Virus record (IMG/VR): IMGVR_UViG_3300008255_000449
Coordinates: 1 to 24,985 of that record
Length of the DNA: 24,985 bases
DNA from: a virus
Lineage: Duplodnaviria; Caudoviricetes
Strand: one strand, 5' to 3'
Position numbers and translations under genes: made by a program. Position 1 is the stretch's first letter. Each line of letters opens with the position of its first letter. Positions 24,187 through 24,985 of the stretch are shown piece after piece. Below the pieces are notes generated by a model. The model saw nothing but the letters and a program-made list of their open reading frames with translations. It did no database searches and was not told the DNA's origin.

Positions 24187-24669
24187 ATGAACCATGTACG
24201 TTTCCGCCTGACGCGGGAGGCCCTGACCCTCAGCCAGGGAGAACTGGCCGAGGCGCTGGGCGTCAGTAAGCGCGTGCTGGCCCGCTGGGAAGGCGGGCAG
24301 GAATCGGTGCCGGAAGCCCGGCTGGAGCAGCTGGAAAAACTGGCCGAAGAATTTCATGGCGCGATCAACCGGCGCGCTGACACCCTGCTTGCCTTGATCG
24401 AAGAGCGTAAAATGGACTACGTTATTATGCCCGTCTATATGAGCGATGCGGAATACCGCGCTGTTGATTGGCCGGGCGGGGACATCTGGCCCACGGCCAA
24501 AATGATGCGGCAGATGATTTACCGCATTGTGGCGGCGGTCGAGGCAAAAACAGCGGCGGAAATTCTGCTGATTCCCTTTGATCTGGAAAATTATCAGGAC
24601 TGGCTGGCCGAATCCGGCGAGGCCGACAACACCCAGAACCGAAGCGTCTGGGCCGCAATGCAGGCATAA
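24187..24669 (+). CDS. XRE-HTH regulator, Aca2/YdiL (DUF1870)-like, with C-terminal extension
   Basis: FRLTREALTLSQGELAEALGVSKRVLARWEGGQESVP, a long helix, then MPVYMSDAEY; GGAGG RBS. Confidence 0.65.
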   Translation: MNHVRFRLTREALTLSQGELAEALGVSKRVLARWEGGQESVPEARLEQLEKLAEEFHGAINRRADTLLALIEERKMDYVIMPVYMSDAEYRAVDWPGGDIWPTAKMMRQMIYRIVAAVEAKTAAEILLIPFDLENYQDWLAESGEADNTQNRSVWAAMQA

Positions 24670-24682
24670 TGGAGACCCTATA

Positions 24683-24985
24683 ATGAAAAAGCCAGACTCT
24701 CCGCGCCAGTGGGCGCTGATAAAAGAAGAAAAATTCTACTACTCGAAAAAACCTTGCAAGCGCGGGCACTGGGCCCCACGCTACACGAGTAACTATGTCT
24801 GTACGGAGTGCCACGTAATTGACGCCAGAGCCTGGACTCGGGCCAACCCGGAAAAGCATCTGACTTTCACCAAAAAGTGGAGGGCGGCGAATCGGGAAAA
24901 ATACCGGGAGAATGACCGCATCTGGAAACAGGCGTACAGAGAAGCGAAACGAATGATAGAAGCGGAAAACGGAGGAAATGAAAAA
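24683..24985 (+). CDS. Zn-binding phage protein, running off the window edge (module often N-terminal in HNH-type proteins)
   Basis: Manual translation MKKPDSPRQWALIKEEKFYYSKKPCKRGHWAPRYTSNYVCTECH...; GGAG RBS; a further GGAGG-ATG begins at 24978. Confidence 0.7.
   Translation, partial: MKKPDSPRQWALIKEEKFYYSKKPCKRGHWAPRYTSNYVCTECHVIDARAWTRANPEKHLTFTKKWRAANREKYRENDRIWKQAYREAKRMIEAENGGNEK

Overview
The whole window is part of a temperate tailed phage genome with a lambdoid layout. On the minus strand, an early operon starts at a divergent repressor switch (~20.4 kb). It runs through a Xis/Cro-like HTH, an RHH-like regulator, a Rad52-like annealase candidate, SbcD/SbcC, RuvC, a replication initiator with an internal ori candidate and many small ORFs. 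A promoter/terminator pair at ~8.9 kb then precedes the late head genes: terS, GpA-type terL, gpW, lambda-type portal, ClpP protease with a nested scaffold, a decoration protein and a Mu gpT-like capsid. On the plus strand are an XRE repressor, a membrane/Zn-ribbon protein and a tyrosine integrase. The 5' part of the integrase ORF is crossed by the 3' half of a tRNA-Gly(CCC) with flanking arm-type repeats, read here as an intact attP (probably the excised or virion form). After int, a separate near-consensus promoter drives two unknown genes and an Aca2/YdiL(DUF1870)-like HTH gene, a candidate anti-CRISPR/anti-defence operon. All family calls come from motifs recognised by eye; no searches were run.
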